DNA of 32,000 nucleotides from an uncultured bacterium (GTDB lineage Bacteria; GCA-001730085): NCBI GenBank assembly GCA_964565945.1, contig CAZMGY010000019.1, positions 90,001 to 122,000 of the forward strand, read 5' to 3'. Shown piece by piece: positions 25,160 to 32,000 of this stretch (position 1 is its first letter; each line of letters starts with the position of its first letter). The notes under the pieces were generated by a model. It saw only the letters and a program-made list of their open reading frames with translations, ran no database searches and was not told where the DNA came from. The position numbers and the translations under genes were made by a program.

Positions 25160-26197
25160 ATGGAAAAATGGATTAGCCCTCATATTCAAAAGATGCAAGC
25201 GTATGTGTCTGGGGAACAATCTCAAGATGCCTCGGTGATTAAGTTGAACTCCAACGAGTGTCCTTACGATCCGCCTCAAGCGGTTGTGGACGCTTTGGTG
25301 GCTGTTAGCGGGGAGCAGTTGCGTAAGTATCCATCAGCCAGGGGGGATTCATTGCGTCAAAAATTGGCGGACGTCTATGGTTTGCATCAAGAGAATATTT
25401 TGATTGGCAATGGTTCGGATGAAATTTTAACGATGCTTATGCGAGCTTGTGTCGAGCCAGGCGAAGCGGTGGCCTTCCCTGAGCCAACGTATGTTCTTTA
25501 TCGAACCCTGGCAGACATTCAAAAAGGTCAGGTGCTGACGATTCCTTTTGATGCGAATTACCAGATTTCAGTCGATCAGGTTGCCTTACTCAAGGCGAAG
25601 ATATTTTTCTTGGCCAATCCTAATTCTCCCTCAGGAACACGTATCGATAAGCAGAACGTGAAGGCTTTGGCTCAGGCCTTCGATGGATTGTTTGTGGTTG
25701 ATGAGGCTTATGTGGATTTTGCCGATGATCATTGCCTGTCTTTGGTCGGTGAATGCGACAATGTGATTGTGCTTCGGAGCATGTCGAAATCGGTTGCTTT
25801 GGCTGGGGCTCGTCTTGGTTGGGCCTATGGACCACAGAGTACTATTGCTCAGTTGATGAAGGTGAAAGACTCCTATAATGTGAATGCCTTAACACAAGCT
25901 GTGGCTTTGGCTGTGTTAGAGGCTAAGCCAGAAATTGATCGAATGATTGACAAAATCAAAGCCACGCGCGAAAGTCTTGTTGAAAAATTGACGGCTATGG
26001 GGTGGGATGTATGCCCTTCCGAAGCCAATTTTGTTTGGATCAAGCCGTCGTGTAAACCTGCCGAGATATACACTCGACTGAAGCAGGAGGGTATTTTAAT
26101 TCGCTATTTTGACGATTTGGCGGATTATGTGCGCATAACGGTGGGCACGGACGAAGAAATGAAAGTTTTGATCAAAAAACTAGAAAATTTTGCATAA
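25160..26197 (+). CDS. hisC: Histidinol-phosphate aminotransferase
   Basis: 'KLNSNECPYDPP', 'IGNGSDEIL', 'NPNSPSG', 'VVDEAYVDF' and 'RSMSKSVALAGARLGW' (PLP lysine). Confidence 0.92.
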   Translation: MEKWISPHIQKMQAYVSGEQSQDASVIKLNSNECPYDPPQAVVDALVAVSGEQLRKYPSARGDSLRQKLADVYGLHQENILIGNGSDEILTMLMRACVEPGEAVAFPEPTYVLYRTLADIQKGQVLTIPFDANYQISVDQVALLKAKIFFLANPNSPSGTRIDKQNVKALAQAFDGLFVVDEAYVDFADDHCLSLVGECDNVIVLRSMSKSVALAGARLGWAYGPQSTIAQLMKVKDSYNVNALTQAVALAVLEAKPEIDRMIDKIKATRESLVEKLTAMGWDVCPSEANFVWIKPSCKPAEIYTRLKQEGILIRYFDDLADYVRITVGTDEEMKVLIKKLENFA

Positions 26198-26219
26198 AAT
26201 ATGCTAAAATAGCGATGTT

Positions 26220-26813
26220 ATGAAACAAAGAGTTAGCCAAATCATACGCGAAAGTAGTGAAACCCAAATTTCGATTGATTTGAATATCGATGGTACGGGT
26301 CAGTACGATATTCAAACCACAATTCCTTTTTTTGACCATATGCTCACCGCTCTGGCCAAGCACAGTGCCATCGACCTTAAGATTAAGGCTAAAGGGGATA
26401 CCGAAATAGATGACCACCACACCGTTGAAGATGTTGGTATTTGCTTGGGCGATGCCTTGAAAGAGGCTTTGGGCGATCGCAAGGGTATTGTTCGTTATGG
26501 ACATTTTTCCTTGGCGATGGAAGAGGCTTTGGTGGATGCTAGCCTGGATGTGTCGGGACGGTCTTATTTGGTTTATAACATTGAGATTCAAGATCGTTTG
26601 ATTAAAGATTTTGCTTTGGATTTGCTTGAAGAGTTTTGGCGTGCGGTTTGCAATCGGATGGGGCTTAATTTGCACATTCATTTGTGCACTGGCAAAAACG
26701 CTCATCATATCTATGAAGCTTCATTCAAAGCGGTGGCTCGTGCCTTACGCATGGCGATGTCTCCTGATAATCGCTTAACGGGTGTACCTTCGACCAAGGG
26801 CATGTTAGACTGA
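26220..26813 (+). CDS. hisB: Imidazoleglycerol-phosphate dehydratase (monofunctional)
   Basis: 'RESSETQISIDLNIDG', 'FFDHMLTALAKHS', 'DDHHTVEDVGICLG', 'GKNAHHIYEASFKAVARAL' and 'VPSTKG'. Confidence 0.93.
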   Translation: MKQRVSQIIRESSETQISIDLNIDGTGQYDIQTTIPFFDHMLTALAKHSAIDLKIKAKGDTEIDDHHTVEDVGICLGDALKEALGDRKGIVRYGHFSLAMEEALVDASLDVSGRSYLVYNIEIQDRLIKDFALDLLEEFWRAVCNRMGLNLHIHLCTGKNAHHIYEASFKAVARALRMAMSPDNRLTGVPSTKGMLD

Positions 26814-26817
26814 TTCT

Positions 26818-27429
26818 ATGGCTATTCAAATCATTGATTACGATATGGGCAATGTGCATAGTGTTCAGAATGCTTTGCAGTTTTTGGGCTTAGAGAGTAC
26901 CATCGTGACCGATGGCGACCAATTTGAGGAAGCCGATTGCATCATTTTGCCTGGAGTGGGAGCCTTCGGAGATGGCATGCAAGCTTTGTGCGAGAGAGGC
27001 TTAGTGGATGCGATTCACCAAACAGTTGAGCGTCAACAAAAGCTGATCGGGATTTGTTTGGGTATGCAACTTTTGCTTAATTGGAGCTACGAAATGGGTG
27101 AGTACGAAGGTTTAGGTTTGGTTGCTGGGGAAGTGATTCGATTTGAACCCAAAGACCCTAAATTAAAGGTGCCTCATATGGGTTGGAATACGGTTAAGGC
27201 TGTGCAAGATGATGTTTTATTTGAAGGCATTGCTCTGGAGGCGTATTGTTATTTTGTGCATTCTTATTATGTGAAACCTCAAGATCCAAGTGTTGTGTTG
27301 GCGAGTACCAATTACGGTGGTGAATTCTGCTCGATTCTTAAACAAGGCCAACTCTATGGTCTGCAGTTCCATCCCGAAAAAAGCCAATCCGTGGGTTTAG
27401 CTATGTTGGCCAATCTGCTCAAGCCTTAA
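26818..27429 (+). CDS. hisH: Imidazole glycerol phosphate synthase, glutamine amidotransferase subunit
   Basis: 'IIDYDMGNVHSV', 'LPGVGAFG', 'GICLGMQLL' (catalytic Cys), 'HMGWN', 'FVHSYY' and 'LQFHPEKS'. Confidence 0.93.
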   Translation: MAIQIIDYDMGNVHSVQNALQFLGLESTIVTDGDQFEEADCIILPGVGAFGDGMQALCERGLVDAIHQTVERQQKLIGICLGMQLLLNWSYEMGEYEGLGLVAGEVIRFEPKDPKLKVPHMGWNTVKAVQDDVLFEGIALEAYCYFVHSYYVKPQDPSVVLASTNYGGEFCSILKQGQLYGLQFHPEKSQSVGLAMLANLLKP

Positions 27430-27654
27430 TTGTTTACGCTGATGTACTTTGCTTAAGAGGCGCTTGAGTAAGGTTTTCCCAGAAGGTCAACCGCTTGAAT
27501 GATGGTGTCGATAAGCTGGATCTTGTGGTGCAATTTAAATGGATGTCTCTATATTATGACTCTTGTTAGAGCTTTTTGGCTGCTCAAGCATTTCAGAAAG
27601 CGTCTTAAGTCCATTAGTGATATAATAAAGGTCTTTACAAAGAAAGGCCTCAAT

Positions 27655-28377
27655 ATGCATGTTTTACCAGCAATTGATATTCGTGGCGGCAAATGTGTCC
27701 GTCTTTTTCAGGGTGATTATGCTCAAGAAACAGTTTATTACGATAGTCCCGTAGATGTGGCGTGCATGTGGGAAGATCAAGGGGCTGCTTATTTGCATGT
27801 GGTGGATCTCGATGGAGCCAAAGACGGTACTTTAACCCATTTGCCTTTGGTGGAGAAGATGGCGCACAAGACTCAGCTTAAAATCGAATTGGGAGGAGGT
27901 GTGCGCGACCTCGAAGATGTTCAGCGGATGATTGATGCAGGCGTTCAGTATCCGATTGTTGGGACCAAAGCTTTGGCTGGCCCTGATTTTTTTTGGGAGC
28001 TAGTGGAGCGCTTTGCCGATGCTGTGGTGGTTGGAATTGATGCACGCGATGGTAAGGTTGCCACCCGCGGTTGGTTGGATACCTCGGAGGTAACAGCTCT
28101 TGAATTGGCTCAAAAAGTAGAGCATTTTGGTGTGAAACGCATTATTTTTACCGATATTGCCACAGATGGAGCGTTCACGGGACCTAATCTGAAGGCTTGT
28201 TTGGATTTGATTGAAAAGACGAAACAATTAACGATGACCGTTTCGGGAGGAATTTCGTCGCTTAAAGATTTGGAAAGCATTGTGCAAGCTCAAAACGAAC
28301 GTATTTTTGGAGTAATTATTGGCAAGGCTCTTTATGATCAACGACTTGAACTTAAGGAGGCTTTGGCGCTATGTTAA
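27655..28377 (+). CDS. hisA: 1-(5-phosphoribosyl)-5-[(5-phosphoribosylamino)methylideneamino]imidazole-4-carboxamide isomerase
   Basis: '[22 protein letters not shown]', 'LHVVDLDGA', 'GGGVRD' and '[11 protein letters not shown]'. ATG 27655 gives the canonical N-terminus. The 52-codon upstream extension in the ORF track has no HisA counterpart. Confidence 0.9.
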   Translation: MHVLPAIDIRGGKCVRLFQGDYAQETVYYDSPVDVACMWEDQGAAYLHVVDLDGAKDGTLTHLPLVEKMAHKTQLKIELGGGVRDLEDVQRMIDAGVQYPIVGTKALAGPDFFWELVERFADAVVVGIDARDGKVATRGWLDTSEVTALELAQKVEHFGVKRIIFTDIATDGAFTGPNLKACLDLIEKTKQLTMTVSGGISSLKDLESIVQAQNERIFGVIIGKALYDQRLELKEALALC

Positions 28378-29126
28378 CTAAGCGAATCATTCCTTGTTTG
28401 GATGTCAAAGATGGAAGAGTGGTGAAGGGTGTTAATTTTGTTGAATTGCGCGATGCTGGAGATCCTATTGAGACAGCACAACGCTATGAGGCTGAAGGGG
28501 CTGATGAGCTGGTTTTTTTGGATATTACGGCATCCTACGAAAATCGTAATATTATGCGTGATGTGGTTAAGCGAACGGCCGAAGTGGTTTTTATGCCTCT
28601 TACCGTTGGTGGTGGTATGCGCGCGGTCGACGATATTTATCAAATGCTACAGTCAGGGGCTGATAAAGTGTCTTTGAACACTGCGGCTGTGAACAATCCC
28701 TCTTTGGTGGCGGATTCGGCCAAACGTTTTGGTTGTCAATGCACAGTGGTGGCGATTGATGCCCAAAAAGAAGCTGATGGCTCTTATTGTGTCTACACGA
28801 ATGGTGGTCGTAACCCTGTTGACAAAGATGCGATTGCGTGGGCTAAACAGGTGGAAGATCTGGGGGCTGGAGAAATTTTGCTTACCAGTATGGATGCTGA
28901 TGGTACGAAGCAGGGGTATGAGCTTGAACTAACTCTTTTGGTGGCCGAAGCGGTTTCAATTCCGGTAATTGCTTCGGGAGGCGCGGGAAGCATGGAGCAT
29001 TTGTACGAAGGGCTCGAAGCTGGTAAGGCGGATGCAGTTTTAGCGGCCTCGATTTTTCATTTTGGTGAAATTTCGATTCCAGAGGCCAAGGCGTATTTGA
29101 AACAACGTGGCGTTTTAGTGAGATGA
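28371..29126 (+). CDS. hisF: Imidazole glycerol phosphate synthase, cyclase subunit
   Basis: '[20 protein letters not shown]', '[13 protein letters not shown]', 'PLTVGGG', '[15 protein letters not shown]', 'IASGGAG' and 'ASIFHFGE'. Confidence 0.95.
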   Translation: MLTKRIIPCLDVKDGRVVKGVNFVELRDAGDPIETAQRYEAEGADELVFLDITASYENRNIMRDVVKRTAEVVFMPLTVGGGMRAVDDIYQMLQSGADKVSLNTAAVNNPSLVADSAKRFGCQCTVVAIDAQKEADGSYCVYTNGGRNPVDKDAIAWAKQVEDLGAGEILLTSMDADGTKQGYELELTLLVAEAVSIPVIASGGAGSMEHLYEGLEAGKADAVLAASIFHFGEISIPEAKAYLKQRGVLVR

Positions 29127-29138
29127 AAGGAAAGCAGA

Positions 29139-29528
29139 ATGAGCTTTTATGATGACTTGAAGTACGATGCCAATGGTTTGATTGCAGCAGTGATTCAAGA
29201 TGCCAAAACCAAAGACGTTCTTATGGTGGCCTATATGAACAAGAACTCTTTATGTGACACGGTTAAAACTGGCAAAACCCATTTTTGGAGTCGCTCACGT
29301 CAAAAATATTGGATGAAGGGCGAATCTTCAGGCCATGTCCAAGATGTGAAAGCTATGTTTTTTGATTGTGATCAAGATTGTGTGGTGATTCATGTAGAGC
29401 AAATCGGTGGTGCAGCTTGCCATGTAGGTTATCGGACGTGCTTTTATCGTGAATTCAATCGAAAAACCGAAAAGCTAACGGTTATCGAAGAGCCTGTTTT
29501 TGATCCTAAGCAAGTTTATAAAAAATAG
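29139..29528 (+). CDS. hisI: Phosphoribosyl-AMP cyclohydrolase (HisI domain only; no fused HisE)
   Basis: 129 aa. 'GLIAAVIQD', 'VLMVAYMN', 'THFWSRSRQKYWMKGESSGH' and 'DCDQDCVVIHVEQ..GAACH'. Confidence 0.9.
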   Translation: MSFYDDLKYDANGLIAAVIQDAKTKDVLMVAYMNKNSLCDTVKTGKTHFWSRSRQKYWMKGESSGHVQDVKAMFFDCDQDCVVIHVEQIGGAACHVGYRTCFYREFNRKTEKLTVIEEPVFDPKQVYKK

Positions 29529-29540
29529 GTGAGGTTTGGT

Positions 29541-30602
29541 GTGTCTGAGGTAAAAACATACGCCATGATTATGGCTGGAGGTGTGGGCGAGCGATTTTGG
29601 CCTCAAAGTAGGCAAGCGCGTCCCAAACAATTACTTGATCTGACGGGTTCAGGCTCAGTGATGCTAAAGGAAACCATCGATCGGTTGTTGCCGCTAATTC
29701 CTTGGGAGCATATATTGGTGATGACCAATGCAAGTCAAAAAAAAATGATTCATCAAGTGATCTCTGAGCTCAAAGATGAACAAGTGATTGCAGAACCCGT
29801 GGGGCGTAACACGGCTGCTTGTGTGGGTTTTGCTGCGTTGTGGATCCAGGATAAGGATCCCGAGGCCGTAATGCTTGTGTTGCCTGCTGATCACGTGATT
29901 CCAGATCAAGAGATTTTTTTACAGACACTCGAAGTGGCTCAAGATTGGGCTCAGAAAGATCGTCTGGTGACCATTGGCATGCAGGCATTGCATCCAGAAG
30001 TCGAATATGGCTATATTCAGGCTGGAGAGCGACTCGATGAAGAACGCTTTCCTTGTTACAAACTTAAGACGTTCAAAGAAAAACCAGACCGTCAAACAGC
30101 ACAAACATTTCTTGATCAAGGGGGCTATTTGTGGAATAGTGGCATATTTGCCTGGAAAACGTCGAAAATTTTGCAAGAAATAGAAGGCTACGAGCCTGAA
30201 TTGCATCAAGGCTTGCAAAAAGCTTGGGACGAAGGCCTTGAACATCACTATGCTCATTTGCCCAAATTACCTATTGATGAAGCAGTTATGGAACGTTCGG
30301 ATTGCGCTATGGTAATCGAAGGACAATTTGCATGGAATGATCTAGGTTTATGGACATCGATGCAAACAATGGTCGCGACCAATGTGCAAGGCAACACGCT
30401 TATTCAGGGAGACATGGAAACTTTAGATGCGCATGACAATTTGGTGTTGACCGACAAAGGTGTGGTGGCTTTGATTGGGATTGATGATTGTGTTGTGGTG
30501 CGTGATAGAGATGCCGTTTTGGTGTGTCGCAAAGACCGAGCGAAAGATGTGAAAGCTTTGTTGCAAAACATGCGCGAGCAAGGCAAGGAGTCTTTTCTGT
30601 GA
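29541..30602 (+). CDS. Mannose-1-phosphate guanylyltransferase (nucleotidyltransferase domain only)
   Basis: 'AMIMAGGVGERFWPQSR...PKQLL', 'AEPVGRNTAA', 'LPADHVI', 'GYIQAG' and 'FKEKPD...A..F...G.YLWNSGIF' are typical of ManC/CpsB-type GDP-mannose pyrophosphorylases. GTG 29541 follows GGTGAGG, but GTG 29529 or ATG 29565 are also possible. Confidence 0.8.
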   Translation: MSEVKTYAMIMAGGVGERFWPQSRQARPKQLLDLTGSGSVMLKETIDRLLPLIPWEHILVMTNASQKKMIHQVISELKDEQVIAEPVGRNTAACVGFAALWIQDKDPEAVMLVLPADHVIPDQEIFLQTLEVAQDWAQKDRLVTIGMQALHPEVEYGYIQAGERLDEERFPCYKLKTFKEKPDRQTAQTFLDQGGYLWNSGIFAWKTSKILQEIEGYEPELHQGLQKAWDEGLEHHYAHLPKLPIDEAVMERSDCAMVIEGQFAWNDLGLWTSMQTMVATNVQGNTLIQGDMETLDAHDNLVLTDKGVVALIGIDDCVVVRDRDAVLVCRKDRAKDVKALLQNMREQGKESFL

Positions 30603-31021
30603 AACCCCGCTATCTCGGTTTGGATTATGGTGATAAGCGTATTGGTGTGGCAATGAGTGATGGGCTTTATCTTACGGCTCAACCGAAAGGGGTTATTGCT
30701 AACACTGGCCTTAAAGCTGTGCTGAAAGAGATTGATGTGTATGCTAAAGACTATATGATTGAAACGATTGTGTTAGGTTTGCCTTTAGGCTTAAGTGGTC
30801 AAGACACTGAGCAAACCAAAAAAGTAAGAGGTTTTAAAAATAAACTGGAGAAAAAACTTTCCTACAAAGTTTGTTTTCACGATGAAAGTTTAACCAGCAA
30901 AGAGGCTGAAGCTGTGTTGATTCAAGGGGGTATGAGTCGCAAGAAGCGTAAAGGCAAAATTGATGCTATGGCTGCGCAATTAATGTTGCAATCGTACATG
31001 GATCAGAACCCCTTGTGCTAA
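30599..31021 (+). CDS. ruvX: Putative pre-16S rRNA nuclease / Holliday junction resolvase-like protein YqgF
   Basis: 'YLGLDYGDKRIGVA', 'IVLGLPL.LSG' and 'FHDESLTSKEAE'. GTG 30599 overlaps the upstream stop (GTGA). The longer ORF-track start at 30524 lies inside the upstream gene. Confidence 0.85.
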   Translation: MKPRYLGLDYGDKRIGVAMSDGLYLTAQPKGVIANTGLKAVLKEIDVYAKDYMIETIVLGLPLGLSGQDTEQTKKVRGFKNKLEKKLSYKVCFHDESLTSKEAEAVLIQGGMSRKKRKGKIDAMAAQLMLQSYMDQNPLC

Positions 31022-31044
31022 CAATAACAAAAGGATCAAGACTG

Positions 31045-32000
31045 ATGGTAAAAAAATATACGTGTTCCAATGGGTTAGCCGTGGTTGTGGACGAAATGCC
31101 ACAGATGCATTCGGCAAGTGTTGGTGTTTGGATTGGTGTTGGTGGGCGTTACGAAACGCCAGCTCAGGTAGGCTTATCGCATTTTTTGGAACATATCGTT
31201 TTTAAGGGAACGCATTCCAGGTCGTGTCAAGAGATTAAAGAGTCAATTGAAGGGATTGGTGGAGCTTTAAATGCATATACTTCTAAAGAATACACCTGTT
31301 TTTATGCCAAAGTTTTGGCCCAGGATTGTTTGAAAGCTGTTGATGTTTTGAGCGATATGGTTTTTCGTCCTTTGTTTGATCCCAAAGACATCGAGCAAGA
31401 AAAAGATGTGATTGTCGAAGAGATCAAAATGTATTTGGATTCTCCAGCACAGCTTGTGCATGATCATTTGGACGAAATCTTGTGGCCCGATCATCCGATG
31501 AGTTATTGCTTAACAGGTTCTGAAAACAATGTGCGTGAATTTCAACAACAGGATTTTAAGGATTTTGCTCACAACTACTATTGTCCTCACAATATTGTGA
31601 TTGCTGTGGCGGGTAATGTGGATGCCGAGAATGTTTTTCAAAGAGTCGAAAAGGCTTGGGGGCAACTTGAGCAGGGCAAACCTTCTCAACCTTTGGATTG
31701 TTCGGAGGACCAAGCACCTTTTCGTATTCAATGGACCACCAAAGATATTGAGCAGGCGCATGTCGCCATGGCGTTTTATGCGTACGAGCGAGAACACCCT
31801 CTGCGCTATGCGGCAGGTCTTTTGAATATTATTTTGGGTGGCAACATGAGCTCTCGCTTATTCAAAGAGTTAAGAGAAGAAAGAGGCTTGGCTTATGATG
31901 TGCGCAGCTCAACGTATCGTTATTCTGATGTGGGAACATTTGAAATATCGGCAGGTCTTGAGCCTCATAAAGTGAAAGAAATGCTTAAGGTAACCTGGCA
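31045..32000 (+). CDS. M16 (pitrilysin) family zinc peptidase, 3'-truncated by the window edge
   Basis: It is absent from the ORF track because it has no stop in the window. Frame 1 from ATG 31045 reads 'MVKKYTCSNGLAVVVDEMPQMHSASVGVWIGVGGRYE...GLSHFLEHIVFKGT', with the inverted HxxEH zinc motif, followed by 'EQEKDVIVEEI' and 'GGNMSSRLFKELREERGLAY'. Confidence 0.87.
   Translation, partial: MVKKYTCSNGLAVVVDEMPQMHSASVGVWIGVGGRYETPAQVGLSHFLEHIVFKGTHSRSCQEIKESIEGIGGALNAYTSKEYTCFYAKVLAQDCLKAVDVLSDMVFRPLFDPKDIEQEKDVIVEEIKMYLDSPAQLVHDHLDEILWPDHPMSYCLTGSENNVREFQQQDFKDFAHNYYCPHNIVIAVAGNVDAENVFQRVEKAWGQLEQGKPSQPLDCSEDQAPFRIQWTTKDIEQAHVAMAFYAYEREHPLRYAAGLLNIILGGNMSSRLFKELREERGLAYDVRSSTYRYSDVGTFEISAGLEPHKVKEMLKVTW

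Noticed and set aside
26172-26708. 178-aa ORF on the minus strand
   Set aside because: It is entirely antisense to hisB, whose protein has unmistakable IGPD motifs. The antisense translation is low-complexity (Q/N/I-rich) with no motif or RBS.
27499-27654. 52-codon N-terminal extension of hisA suggested by the ORF track
   Set aside because: 'MMVSISWILWCNLNGCLYIM...' has no HisA counterpart, whereas ATG 27655 gives the canonical '[12 protein letters not shown]'. I treated it as non-coding gap sequence (see finding).
30524-30598. Upstream start for ruvX inside the guanylyltransferase gene
   Set aside because: YqgF proteins start just before 'YLGLDYGxKRIGVA'. GTG 30599 forms a GTGA overlap with the upstream stop, typical of this locus.
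31267-31797. Two minus-strand ORFs (75 and 95 aa) near the window end
   Set aside because: They are antisense to the M16 peptidase frame, which reads open from 31045 to the window edge with the HxxEH motif.
1-32000. CRISPR arrays, IS/transposase or integrase genes, tRNA/rRNA/tmRNA/RNase P/SRP RNA
   Set aside because: I scanned the intergenic regions by eye for regularly spaced repeats, cloverleaf-like ends and known conserved RNA blocks, and recognised none. This is not a substitute for tRNAscan-SE or Infernal.

Overview
This is a 32-kb bacterial chromosomal window. GC looks moderate to low by eye, AGGAG-type ribosome-binding sites (RBS) are clear, and many adjacent genes overlap start to stop (GTGA/ATGA). 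I cannot assign a taxon from the sequence alone. The gene content suggests a host-associated, possibly intracellular, bacterium.

Left third (+ strand): the 3' part of dnaE, a cell-wall amidase, murI, queD, rph and rdgB form one tightly coupled run. They are followed by a small two-gene cassette with its own promoter, then ilvE, nadA, fbaA and queG.

Middle (about 10.4-19.9 kb) looks accessory:
- a secreted-looking protein with an OTU-type cysteine-protease core, preceded by a perfect 15+15 bp palindrome
- a stearoyl-CoA-desaturase-like fatty-acid desaturase
- a minus-strand operon of Wzx-like flippase, SAM methyltransferase, GT-B glycosyltransferase and a membrane-anchored DNase I-family nuclease
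- a truncated, frameshifted M48-peptidase remnant abutting that operon
- a 4-TM/DUF1499 fusion protein
- a nickel superoxide dismutase whose pro-peptide looks like a Sec signal
- an unexplained 600-bp G-run-rich spacer

Right third (+ strand): yajQ, alaS, hisD-C-B-H-A-F-I (with an odd 225-bp gap between hisH and hisA), a mannose-1-phosphate guanylyltransferase, ruvX and a 3'-truncated M16 peptidase.

I recognised no rRNA, tRNA, CRISPR array, transposase or integrase.

The best candidates for something new are the OTU-like effector with its palindromic operator, the DNase I-like nuclease embedded in a glycan-export operon, and the orphan HTH plus acidic small-protein cassette. All family assignments rest on motif recognition by eye, not on database searches.
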